From an uncultured Phycisphaerales bacterium (GTDB lineage Bacteria; Planctomycetota; Phycisphaerae; SM23-33): a DNA stretch of 63,885 nt. The translations under genes and the position numbers were made by a program. Under the pieces are notes generated by a model. That model had not been told where the DNA came from. It saw only the letters and a program-made list of their open reading frames with translations, and searched no databases. Shown here one piece after another: positions 1-9,212 of the stretch; position 1 is the first letter of the stretch; each line of letters starts with the position of its first letter. Where the stretch lies: the NCBI GenBank assembly GCA_965369385.1, contig CBDUQP010000003.1, forward strand, positions 1-63,885, given 5' to 3'.

Positions 1-828
1 AGGGTTCCGCTGATTCAGACCTCCAGTGTGGCTTCCGACGGTGCGACAACCTCGACCGTCAGATATGAGCAAGTGGCTACAAGATTGGTGGTCACTCCGC
101 ATGTGAACGCGGCCGGCTATATCCGCATGGACATAGACCAGTTCATCGACGATATCAGTGCAGACACCTTCGCCATTAGTGAGAATCTTGCACCTAGGAT
201 TCTAATCCACCGCCGCGCTACCACTAGCGTGAAAGTGCGAGATGGGCAGACCGTCTGCCTGGGTGGTTTCATTGGCGACGCTATTGAGGAGACTGAGGAG
301 AAGGTTCCTGTCCTTGGCGATATTCCATATGTTGGGGCCGCGTTCAGGAAGACCAAGAAAACACGCGTGAAGAGCGAGCTGTTGATTTTTATAACTCCGT
401 ATATCCTTGATACTCCCGACCAGTTGCGGTCTGCAGCCAACGATCAACGCAAGGGGTATCTTGCCGATACCACTGACGATCGCGATGGTCGCGTGCTGGA
501 ACAGAGTTCCACGCTCATGCCCAATCCCTATAGACTTCGCGGCCGCATGATGAACAAGTACACAATCCCGCCCAGGGCGAAACCGAAGAAGCTTCCTACG
601 GCTGCGCCGAAGAAACCATTGCCTGTGAGTGCTACGAAGATTGCTGCCAAGGCACCCGTCGCTGCGGTGGCTCCTGCAAAACCCGCAGCCCCCAAGCCAG
701 TTAAGCCTGTTGCCAAGCCAGCAGTCAAGGCGCCAGCCAAACCTCCGGCGAAGAAGAAAGTTGCTCCTGCGGCAAAAACCGTGACCAAAGCCCCGGCTGT
801 CAAACCGGCCGAGGCCGCAAAGAAGTAA
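1..828 (+). CDS. Secretin-family outer-membrane channel, C-terminal part (5' end upstream of window), with a Lys/Ala/Pro-rich tail
   Basis: Frame 1 is open from nt 1. 'TSVKVRDGQTVCLGGF...VPVLGDIPYVGAAFR...SELLIFITPYIL' matches the conserved secretin C-domain (GspD/PilQ family). The last ~85 aa are AKP low complexity. Stop TAA at 826-828. Confidence 0.8.
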   Translation, partial: RVPLIQTSSVASDGATTSTVRYEQVATRLVVTPHVNAAGYIRMDIDQFIDDISADTFAISENLAPRILIHRRATTSVKVRDGQTVCLGGFIGDAIEETEEKVPVLGDIPYVGAAFRKTKKTRVKSELLIFITPYILDTPDQLRSAANDQRKGYLADTTDDRDGRVLEQSSTLMPNPYRLRGRMMNKYTIPPRAKPKKLPTAAPKKPLPVSATKIAAKAPVAAVAPAKPAAPKPVKPVAKPAVKAPAKPPAKKKVAPAAKTVTKAPAVKPAEAAKK

Positions 829-947
829 CCATGTTACGGCTGGCGGTGTGGGTTGGGCGTGCATAGGATTCCAGTAGCCTGTATGATGGCATTGCCTTGA
901 GATTCATCGTTCCGCCGGGCGTGCTGGCAGCATACAAGGAATCCGCA

Positions 948-1961
948 ATGACACGGAACATTTCAGCAGAGCGAATCCTGATGCGCGGCAAATCATTGCG
1001 CATTTCGTGGATCCTGAGATTGTGCATCGAGTGGTCGGTCGGTGGCGCTATCGCAAGCGTGGTACTCGTGGCGCTGTGGGTAAGTGGCTGCCTGGTATGG
1101 GGGGGGGGCTGTGATTGGCGACTCCTGCTGCTTTTGCCGATTGGGGCTTTGGGCGGCGCTGTTGTTATGCTGGCGTTAGGCCGGCCGGGTGTTTTGGATA
1201 CTGTCAGGCTCATCGAAAAACGCGGCGGCATGAAGCAACAGCTCTTGACTGCAATGGAACTTGCCTTGCAGGGTTGCAGTGACTCGGCCGCGATCTGGTT
1301 GTACGCAAACGCCGAACGCGAGATGTCCGCTTTGTCGGTCAACCTGTGGACGCGAAGTCGGCGGTTTTATGGGGCTGGGCTCTTGGCGTGTGTGTTGTGC
1401 GTGGTGTTGCTGGCATTGGCCTCGCAGCCGGTGACTGCTTCGGTCGGCGGCGAACAAGCAGATGCCAATGTACGAGCGAAACTCGTGCAATTGCTGAAGA
1501 CCGCGGGGAATGCGGATGTCGCCAACGCGGTTGAGCTGCTGGCAGCGGCGCACGTTGTTGAAGTTGCAGACGAAGAGACGCTTCGCGATATTCTCGGCAA
1601 GCTGGCGATAGCAGGCGGGCGAATAACCGATATCTCACGTGCGAAGTTGGTGCTGTCCGCAGTCAGAAGCCCAAATGCACCTGCCAGCGGGCGGGATTCA
1701 GGCTACGCTGGAGTGTCAAGTCGTGAAGGAAGCCTGCTGCCCTCTGCTGCAGGTGAGGTAGTATATGTGTGGGATCCCGCTTACGCAGCCAAGGCTCGGG
1801 GTGAATCGGAGTCCGTTTCGTTCTCCCAGACACAACCACACAGGGCAACCCGCGCCGATGCCTGGTCAGCGGCTGCTGCTCGAGCTATTGCAGGCAGCAG
1901 GGGCAAACAGGTGCCCGCCGAATATCGAACGATCGTGCGGGAGTATTTCTCGCATCGATAG
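948..1961 (+). CDS. Hypothetical membrane protein (two N-terminal TM helices; possibly DUF4175-like)
   Basis: ORF 897..1961. ATG at 948 is preceded by AAGGAA about 8 nt upstream. Hydrophobic helices 'WSVGGAIASVVLVALWVSGCLVW' and 'LLLLLPIGALGGAVVMLAL'. C-terminal 'YRTIVREYF'. No catalytic signature recognised. Confidence 0.5.
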   Translation: MTRNISAERILMRGKSLRISWILRLCIEWSVGGAIASVVLVALWVSGCLVWGGGCDWRLLLLLPIGALGGAVVMLALGRPGVLDTVRLIEKRGGMKQQLLTAMELALQGCSDSAAIWLYANAEREMSALSVNLWTRSRRFYGAGLLACVLCVVLLALASQPVTASVGGEQADANVRAKLVQLLKTAGNADVANAVELLAAAHVVEVADEETLRDILGKLAIAGGRITDISRAKLVLSAVRSPNAPASGRDSGYAGVSSREGSLLPSAAGEVVYVWDPAYAAKARGESESVSFSQTQPHRATRADAWSAAAARAIAGSRGKQVPAEYRTIVREYFSHR

Positions 1962-2264
1962 GTCTGCAAGGCGGGTATATGCCGCACTGGCTGAAGAGAT
2001 GTGATTGCAGTCTCGTCGGGCAAGGGGCGTTTTTCTTACGCACAACGTCCGATAATCACGCTGTCAACAAAGAATATGCTCCAACATAACCATTCCTATG
2101 GGTTGAAGTTAAGATGTATGCGGCGGATCGGCGGGGTTCTGGTACACGTATTGCACTATGGCAGATGGGCTTGGGTTCGACATGCGCGATGTCGGAGCCC
2201 TGGATGGGAGATGTGCGCCTTCAGTGTCGGCCGAGAGGTGGCACGCAGGCGGGAGAACGAGACA

Positions 2265-5200
2265 ATGACTCGACGGGATAGATCCGTATCCTCACATGTG
2301 GATGGGCAGCGACATGTAGCGTGTCATGCGCTCATGGAGTCCTTCGAACCCAGGCTTATGCTGTCGGGAATGTTGTGGGGTAGCGTTTGGGACGATGCCA
2401 ATGGCGATGGTGTTCGCGATCCGGGCGATGCGGGGATAGATGGTGTTACCGTCCAGCTCCTGAGCGACCCGGGCGGAACCGTTGTGGCTACAGGGCAAAC
2501 CATTACCATGGACCTGAACGAAAACGATGTCCATGAGCTTGATGAAGTGGGCATTTTGCTGTTTGTCGATGTGCCGCCGGGCACATATCTGGTTCGCCCC
2601 GTGCTGGACGCGGCCAGCCAGGCAACCACAGCCGAGAGCATTTCCGTAGAGATCATCGATAGCGAGGAAATTCACGATCTGGACTTCGGTTCATTCGCGA
2701 CCAGCACAATTAGCGGAAGCCGCTGGCATGATCTGGACGAACAGGGAGATCGCGACTCGGGCGAGCCCGGAATCGAAGGATGGGTTATTGAGCTTGTAGA
2801 TTCCAGCACTAGTGCGGTTGTGGATACCGCGATAACTGCGGCCGACGGTGCTTACCAGTTCGTGAATGTTGGTGCGGGCAGCTATGACGTTCGCTCCCAG
2901 CCGCGAGATGGATGGACCGACACGCACCCGTCAAGCGGAGTTCACGTTGCGACTATCAGCAGTGGTCAGGCGCTGGACGACTTGGACTTCGGCGGATACA
3001 AACGCGGCGCGATACGCGGAACTGTCTGGCAGGATGCCGATGGCGATGGTGTGCAGGATGAGGGTGAAGACGCCTTGTCCGGTTGGGTAGTGCAGTTGGA
3101 TGGCACTGCTTTGGAGGCAACCACCAACGAGAGCGGGCAATATGAGTTTCTTGATCTGGTAAGCGGTTCTTATAGCGTTTCGTTGCAATTGCCAGCAGAA
3201 TGGGAAGTAGTTTCTCCGGAGTTTGGTGTTTACACGTTGGATGTTGTCAACGGGGATCTTACTGGCAAGGATTTCGGCTGTGATTGCGCCAAAATGGAGA
3301 TATCAGGGGTCCTCTGGCATGACGTCAATGCCGACGGTATTCGCGATGCGGGAGATGATGGCGAAAATGGCGTTACCGTGGAGCTTGTGGACACGTCCAC
3401 GGACCTGATAGCGTATGTGGCTACGACCGAGGATGCGGATGTTGATGGGCAGACTGTCAGCGGGTATTACAGCTTCACTGTGCCGGCTGGCAGCTACAAG
3501 GTAAGAACAGAGACTCGCAGTGGGTGGGTTCAGACATCTCCGGCGTCAGAATACTCAGCGAGCTACGAGGAATATGATACGCTCTACGGGGACAATCCCA
3601 GGGATTTTACTTTCGCGACATCCGTCAGCCCTGTAGGTGCAGTCACGCTGAAGTTATCCACAATCGGCGACTTGGATAGTTTCTCCGAGTATGTCACGGT
3701 GTTCGCGGACGATACCGAACTGGCAACCTTCTACAACGCCCACACGGGGCAGGATGGTACGGGGAAGTATTACACGCTTGCAACCGAGACAATCACGATC
3801 AGCAATGCCGACATAATATCGATGCTGGCTGATGGTGAAGTGGTCGTGCGTGTGGAACCATCGGCCGGGGTTAGTGAGGGTGCTGACAAACAGGAGTTCA
3901 TTGAAGTCGAACTGACGTTTGGCGGTAACGGTTCACAACTGGTAGACGGGGCTCCCGGCGAAATAATCGCCGATATGGACTTCGGTTCGCACAAGGAATC
4001 TGCCAAGGTAGAAGGCATAGTATGGAAGGATTTCAACGGTGATGGCGAGCATGATTCGGGCGATGTCGGCATCGATGGGATGACGGTTGAGCTTATCGAT
4101 CATGAGACGCAGGCAGTGCTGGACACATCAACCACCCAGAGTGTCGAGATTGATGGCGAAATAGTATTTGGGTACTACAGCTTTGATGTAGCCGATGGTA
4201 CGTATGATATTAACGTGGTGGTTCAGCCGGATTGGGTACTGACGTCGCCGTCGCTGAACTACAACAGCACGCTGGCCGAGTCGGGGACGATCTATTATCA
4301 CCCGGCCGGCGACAACCCTGTATTTGACTTCCTCGATGCCTCCCAGCCCGCAAGCGATGCGACGCTCACCATTGCGGTGACAGCCGACCTGGGTGATACC
4401 AATGAGTACCTGATGGTCTATGCAGAGGGGACGCGGATTGAGATCATGTTCAACATGGACGATCTGAACGCCGGCATTCAGGGCGTCCAATCTCCTGACC
4501 CATCTCCCGTGCGGACCATCACCATACCGCAGACCATGCTTGCCGACCTTGCCGACGACGGGACAGTGTCCATTACGATCCAGCCATCACTGGCGGTGGG
4601 TTCCCTGGCAGCGGGCACGTCGGATATTTCACTTGAATTGGGTTACGTGGGCACGGGCAGGCGAAAGGTGACGGTAGATGCAGGGGAGACGTTGTCTGAT
4701 GTGGACTTTGGGATGAGCCCGCCCGGGACGGTCAACGGTGTGCCAACACTGAGTACCATAAGCACTCTGTCCGGCGCAACTGAGGATACTCCGTACACGA
4801 TAACTTACGAATCTCTGGCGGTGGCAGCCAACGAGTCTGATCCTGATGGGCAGTCGGTCACGTTCAGTGTGCAGTCGGTGCCAGGCGGGACTGTTAAGAA
4901 GGATGGGCAGGACGTGATTCCTGGCATGACCCTGCTGGGCCCGGGCGAAAGCCTGGAATGGACCCCACTCAAGGATTCAAACGGGGTTCAGGGTGCCTTC
5001 TATGTCAAGGCGTGGGACGGTATAGATGGCTCGGCGATGGGTGTTCTGGTTGCGGTAGATGTAGCCGCCGTCAACGATGCGCCCCATCTCGTGAACATCA
5101 GCCCTTTCCAGGGCACTGGCCTGATACCATATACGATTTCATATGACAACCTGATATCGCATTCCGGAGTGACCGACGCTGAAGTCGACCCGATACACTT

Positions 5201-8200
5201 TGTGGTGACGGCTGTGAATTCCGGGGTTACTAAAGACGGCACAGATCTCGCAATCGGTGATACGCTTTCTGCCGGAGAGAGCTTCGTCTGGACTCCCGGC
5301 CCAGCCGATGGGGAGTATGACATGTTCAGCGTGGCTGCTTCGGATGGCTCGGCGCAGTCAGCGAGCGTTGTGGCCAGCGGGAGCGTTTCTGGCATAAACG
5401 TTTCGCCCGATGCCGTTGACGATGAGGCCTTGCTTAACGAAGACGCCGGAGCAACAACGATAGATGTACTCGCAAATGACACTGACGTTAACCCTGACGA
5501 TGTGCTGATGATAACTCTCGTCAGCCGGCCGGAAAGCGGTTCCGTTGTGAATGGCGACACGTATGTGACGTACACGCCACCTGCCGGATGGTTTGGTACA
5601 GATACGTTCGAATACGTGATCTCTGACGGAAACCAGGGCGTGGATACTGCCACGGTCACGGTTATCGTTTTGCCGGTGAATGATCCGCCGATTGCCGCTG
5701 AGGATTCGGCGTCAACGGCGGAGGATACTCCGGTCGCAGTGGACGTTCTTGACAATGATTCCGATCCAGACACAGGCGATGTTCTGGGCATCCAGAGCGT
5801 AAAGCAGGGAGATCATGGCACTGTAACCCATGATGGTGATCTGGTTACATATACGCCCGACGACGATTGGTTCGGCACGGATACGTTTACTTATGTGGTG
5901 CATGATTTCAATGGAGGTTCTGCAACCGCTGATGTCACTGTTGTGGTTTCACCCGAGAACGACGCGCCCATTGCTGATGATGATGTTGCTGAGACATGGG
6001 ACAACGTGGCCGTCGATATTGATGTTCTCGCCAACGATACGGATGTGGACGCGGGCGATAATCTGACAATAACCAAAGTGATGCAAGGTACCAGTGGTAG
6101 CGTTGTGATCTCAGGGGGGGGCGTCACGTATACTCCGGGCGACGGCTGGACTGGCGACGACACGTTTGAGTACACAATTGCCGATGCAGCCGGTCTGGAG
6201 TCATCGGCCCAGGTAACGGTGTCGGTCAACTTCCAGAACGATCCTCCCGTCGCCACAGCGGACGCTGCTATTGCGGAATACAACTCAAGCGTGAGCATTG
6301 CCGTATTGGACAATGACACTGATCCGGATGTTGGAGACACCATTTCGCTGACCGATCCCGGCTCGCCGGCTCATGGCACTGCCGTTATCCAGAATGGAGA
6401 GATTCTCTACACTCCGCACACAGATTGGTTCGGCAGCGACAGTCTTACATATACGATAGAGGATTCCGGTGGGCTGAGCGCGTCGGCTACGGTGGATATT
6501 ACAGTCCTTCCGGCAGAGCCAGAGCAGGATCTGCTGGTTTCGGCCGACAGCGTGGAATTCGCCGAAGGCTCATCCGGCAACTTCAGTGTTCAATTGGCAA
6601 TTCAGCCGGAAGCGACGGTCACGGTTACGCTGGCCATCGCGACAACCGATGGAGCGGCGGCCGAGCTTGACAAGACTCAACTTACCTTCTCGCCGGACAA
6701 CTGGAATACTCCGCAAGTTGTGACGGTATCTGGTGCGGATGATGGCAGCGGCGTGATCAGTATCCATGGCGAAGACTCGCAAGGCGGAACGTGGGACGAT
6801 ACGGTGAGCGTGACGGTTAGTAACGTGTCGCCGACGATAACGTCAGTGCTGGGTGATACCTCGCCCAAGGTCGGCCAGGCGGCAGGCTTCTCGGCATTTG
6901 CGGCCGATGCCGGCGACGATAGCCTGTTTTATACATGGAATTTTGGCGACGGTAGCGGAGATTATGTCGGCCAGCACGTAACGCACGAGTTTGTGCAAGA
7001 AGGCACATACACAGTGAGCTTGCAGGTTAGCGATGGTGAAGGGGGCAGCGATACCGACACGCTGAGCGTGCAAGCCAGCATAGATATCCCGCCCGAGGTA
7101 ACGGTCCTGCTGGGTTCGCAGGAGATAGCGGACGGTTCGCAGGTAGTGGTGGATTTCGGCAGTGTACTGGAAGGTGGTAACGGCCCGTTGCGGACATTCA
7201 CCGTGCGCAATGACGGCGGAAATGTCCTGAATCTTGGGACGCTAGCCTTGCCGGATGGTTTCCGGGTTGTCGGTGGGGGATTGGTGTCATCGCTTCAGCC
7301 GGGGCAGTCGGACTTGTTCAACGTGCTTTTCGAAAGCGATTCGCCCGGTGTCTATGGCGGCGATATTACCTTAATCAGCAACGATGCCGACGAGAGCCCG
7401 TACAGCTTCAGCATCAGGGGAGAAGTAATTGCGCTGGAGGTCAATGACTGGCAGGGAGTTAAAATTGGCGATGGCGGAGCCAAGAGGCTGATGTACACCG
7501 ACTTCGATGGTTCGCTGGTAACTGTTTCGCTCAGGGGTGACGGTAGTGCGATGGTAAATTTCACCTTGGAAGAGATGCTCCCACTTGAACAGCTCCTGCC
7601 GGACAGGCGGGGCAAGGTTGACCTTACGGGGTTTGCATTGGAAGTAGGGCAGATCATGCTCGATGGGACAGGGGCAAAAACCACGCTGAGTGTCAGATCG
7701 AAAGGTGGTAAAGAAGCCGGTACTGACATTGGCTGTATTGTGAGCGACGATACGAATGGGGTTATCGACTCGTTGAGAGCAATCAGCGGTAGGGGAATAA
7801 ATGTAGTTGGCGATATTGAAATCGAAGGCTTGGTTCGCACGATCATGCTGGGAGATGTGCTCGGCGGAGATATTCGCTTGAACACTTTGGGCGCACCTAC
7901 TACGGATCGCGATTGCGTGAGGATAACACTTGGTAGCGTGGTGGATTGTTCGGTTGAGTCCAATGGCATTGGCATCACGTCACTGCTGGCGGCAGAGTGG
8001 TTGGATGTGGATTCCAGCGTAGAGGTCATCACCGCTCCATGGATCGGCAAGCTCAGTACGAAGGTCAGGAAAGCGAACCGTAGAAGGGGTCTGGTTGCTT
8101 CCACGGGTGAGTTCGCCGCTGATATCAATATCACTGGCAATCGCAAGGGCCAGGCAATTGGCCGCATTTCAATTGGTGGAGATATCCTGGGCAGCGAGAT

Positions 8201-9143
8201 ACTTGCCCTCAAAGGTTCTGTTGGCAGGGTGTCGGCTGTGCGGTGGGATGGGGGCTTGCTGAACACCCGATGGGTATCGAGCCTGATAACAAAGGGCAAC
8301 AGGAAAGCCGGAACCTCCGGTGATCTGGCAGTGTCGCTGACGCTTAGCGGCGAGGGTGCATCCAGGGGCAGAGCCTTGTCGAATGCCAAGGTGTCAGGTG
8401 TGCTGGGGAATTCTACCTGGAATATAGAAGGCGATATTGGGAGAGTCAAGGCGGCATCAATCGCGAGTGGATGGTCGCTTAATGCATCGGGCGCAGCCAA
8501 GTCTATCAGTTCCAGGGGAGACTTCTGTGGCGTGGTGAATCTGGGCGGAGATTTGGGCAAGTTGACGGTGACGGGTGATTTCACCGGAACTGTTCACGCT
8601 CAGTCAGCCAAGAGTGTTCGGGTAAGGGGTTCGATGATAGGGGCGGAGCTTGGCGTGTTGCAGGAGCGGATACCCGGCTCGCGCACAAAGGCTTTGGGTT
8701 CGCTCAGCGTTACCGGGCAGGTGGACGGGAGCAGAATATTCTCTCGCGGTGACATATCAAGGGTCACAGTGGGAGCGATTCGCAATTCATGTGTGTTCGC
8801 CGGCACGTTCAGTGATACATACCAGGCTGATGTGCAGGGCATCGATGGGCAGGCCGACAGCGTTCTTGATCTGCCGGAATTGAAGGACGTTGAGACGGGG
8901 GCAGGTGAGATTGGTACATTTATCGTGACTGGAAGAACTCTGTTTGGTGAGTTTGCGATGCTCAACAGCAACGTCGCAGCGTCCTATATCAAGACCATCA
9001 GGATTACAGGCCTCCAGCCGGCAAACAGCGGCGTCCCATTCGGTATTGCCGCTTCAAGCGTCAGGCGACTGACACTAAAGGAGTTTGATACGCCCACGCC
9101 CGATGGCGATTGGGTGCTGCGGCTGGGGCAGTTCCTGGTGTAG
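2265..9143 (+). CDS. Giant secreted multidomain surface protein (~2292 aa)
   Basis: ATG at 2265 follows GGGAGAA. N-terminal 'LMESFEPRLMLS' leader motif. Repeated SdrD-B/Cna-B-like units ('DANGDGVRDPGDAGIDGVTVQL', 'DADGDGVQDEGEDALSGWVVQL'). Four tandem ~95-aa cadherin-like repeats ('VNDPPIA..D...T.EDT.V.VDVL.ND.D.D.GD.L...') at ~5400-6520. PKD domain ('YTWNFGDGSG...HEF..EGTYTVSLQVSDGEGG') at ~6830-7080. C-terminal solenoid-like module at ~7440-9140. Confidence 0.85.
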   Translation: MTRRDRSVSSHVDGQRHVACHALMESFEPRLMLSGMLWGSVWDDANGDGVRDPGDAGIDGVTVQLLSDPGGTVVATGQTITMDLNENDVHELDEVGILLFVDVPPGTYLVRPVLDAASQATTAESISVEIIDSEEIHDLDFGSFATSTISGSRWHDLDEQGDRDSGEPGIEGWVIELVDSSTSAVVDTAITAADGAYQFVNVGAGSYDVRSQPRDGWTDTHPSSGVHVATISSGQALDDLDFGGYKRGAIRGTVWQDADGDGVQDEGEDALSGWVVQLDGTALEATTNESGQYEFLDLVSGSYSVSLQLPAEWEVVSPEFGVYTLDVVNGDLTGKDFGCDCAKMEISGVLWHDVNADGIRDAGDDGENGVTVELVDTSTDLIAYVATTEDADVDGQTVSGYYSFTVPAGSYKVRTETRSGWVQTSPASEYSASYEEYDTLYGDNPRDFTFATSVSPVGAVTLKLSTIGDLDSFSEYVTVFADDTELATFYNAHTGQDGTGKYYTLATETITISNADIISMLADGEVVVRVEPSAGVSEGADKQEFIEVELTFGGNGSQLVDGAPGEIIADMDFGSHKESAKVEGIVWKDFNGDGEHDSGDVGIDGMTVELIDHETQAVLDTSTTQSVEIDGEIVFGYYSFDVADGTYDINVVVQPDWVLTSPSLNYNSTLAESGTIYYHPAGDNPVFDFLDASQPASDATLTIAVTADLGDTNEYLMVYAEGTRIEIMFNMDDLNAGIQGVQSPDPSPVRTITIPQTMLADLADDGTVSITIQPSLAVGSLAAGTSDISLELGYVGTGRRKVTVDAGETLSDVDFGMSPPGTVNGVPTLSTISTLSGATEDTPYTITYESLAVAANESDPDGQSVTFSVQSVPGGTVKKDGQDVIPGMTLLGPGESLEWTPLKDSNGVQGAFYVKAWDGIDGSAMGVLVAVDVAAVNDAPHLVNISPFQGTGLIPYTISYDNLISHSGVTDAEVDPIHFVVTAVNSGVTKDGTDLAIGDTLSAGESFVWTPGPADGEYDMFSVAASDGSAQSASVVASGSVSGINVSPDAVDDEALLNEDAGATTIDVLANDTDVNPDDVLMITLVSRPESGSVVNGDTYVTYTPPAGWFGTDTFEYVISDGNQGVDTATVTVIVLPVNDPPIAAEDSASTAEDTPVAVDVLDNDSDPDTGDVLGIQSVKQGDHGTVTHDGDLVTYTPDDDWFGTDTFTYVVHDFNGGSATADVTVVVSPENDAPIADDDVAETWDNVAVDIDVLANDTDVDAGDNLTITKVMQGTSGSVVISGGGVTYTPGDGWTGDDTFEYTIADAAGLESSAQVTVSVNFQNDPPVATADAAIAEYNSSVSIAVLDNDTDPDVGDTISLTDPGSPAHGTAVIQNGEILYTPHTDWFGSDSLTYTIEDSGGLSASATVDITVLPAEPEQDLLVSADSVEFAEGSSGNFSVQLAIQPEATVTVTLAIATTDGAAAELDKTQLTFSPDNWNTPQVVTVSGADDGSGVISIHGEDSQGGTWDDTVSVTVSNVSPTITSVLGDTSPKVGQAAGFSAFAADAGDDSLFYTWNFGDGSGDYVGQHVTHEFVQEGTYTVSLQVSDGEGGSDTDTLSVQASIDIPPEVTVLLGSQEIADGSQVVVDFGSVLEGGNGPLRTFTVRNDGGNVLNLGTLALPDGFRVVGGGLVSSLQPGQSDLFNVLFESDSPGVYGGDITLISNDADESPYSFSIRGEVIALEVNDWQGVKIGDGGAKRLMYTDFDGSLVTVSLRGDGSAMVNFTLEEMLPLEQLLPDRRGKVDLTGFALEVGQIMLDGTGAKTTLSVRSKGGKEAGTDIGCIVSDDTNGVIDSLRAISGRGINVVGDIEIEGLVRTIMLGDVLGGDIRLNTLGAPTTDRDCVRITLGSVVDCSVESNGIGITSLLAAEWLDVDSSVEVITAPWIGKLSTKVRKANRRRGLVASTGEFAADINITGNRKGQAIGRISIGGDILGSEILALKGSVGRVSAVRWDGGLLNTRWVSSLITKGNRKAGTSGDLAVSLTLSGEGASRGRALSNAKVSGVLGNSTWNIEGDIGRVKAASIASGWSLNASGAAKSISSRGDFCGVVNLGGDLGKLTVTGDFTGTVHAQSAKSVRVRGSMIGAELGVLQERIPGSRTKALGSLSVTGQVDGSRIFSRGDISRVTVGAIRNSCVFAGTFSDTYQADVQGIDGQADSVLDLPELKDVETGAGEIGTFIVTGRTLFGEFAMLNSNVAASYIKTIRITGLQPANSGVPFGIAASSVRRLTLKEFDTPTPDGDWVLRLGQFLV

Positions 9144-9212
9144 AAAGCGTCGCGATAGATGTTGGGCGGGTGGCCATCGTAATTAGGGACGGTGCCTTAT
9201 TTAGTTCAGATT

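Noticed and set aside
7352-8584. 410-aa ORF on the - strand inside the first giant gene
   Set aside because: It is antisense to a well-supported + strand CDS. It is Ser/Pro/Leu-rich with no motifs, which is a typical shadow ORF of a GC-rich repeat-coding region.
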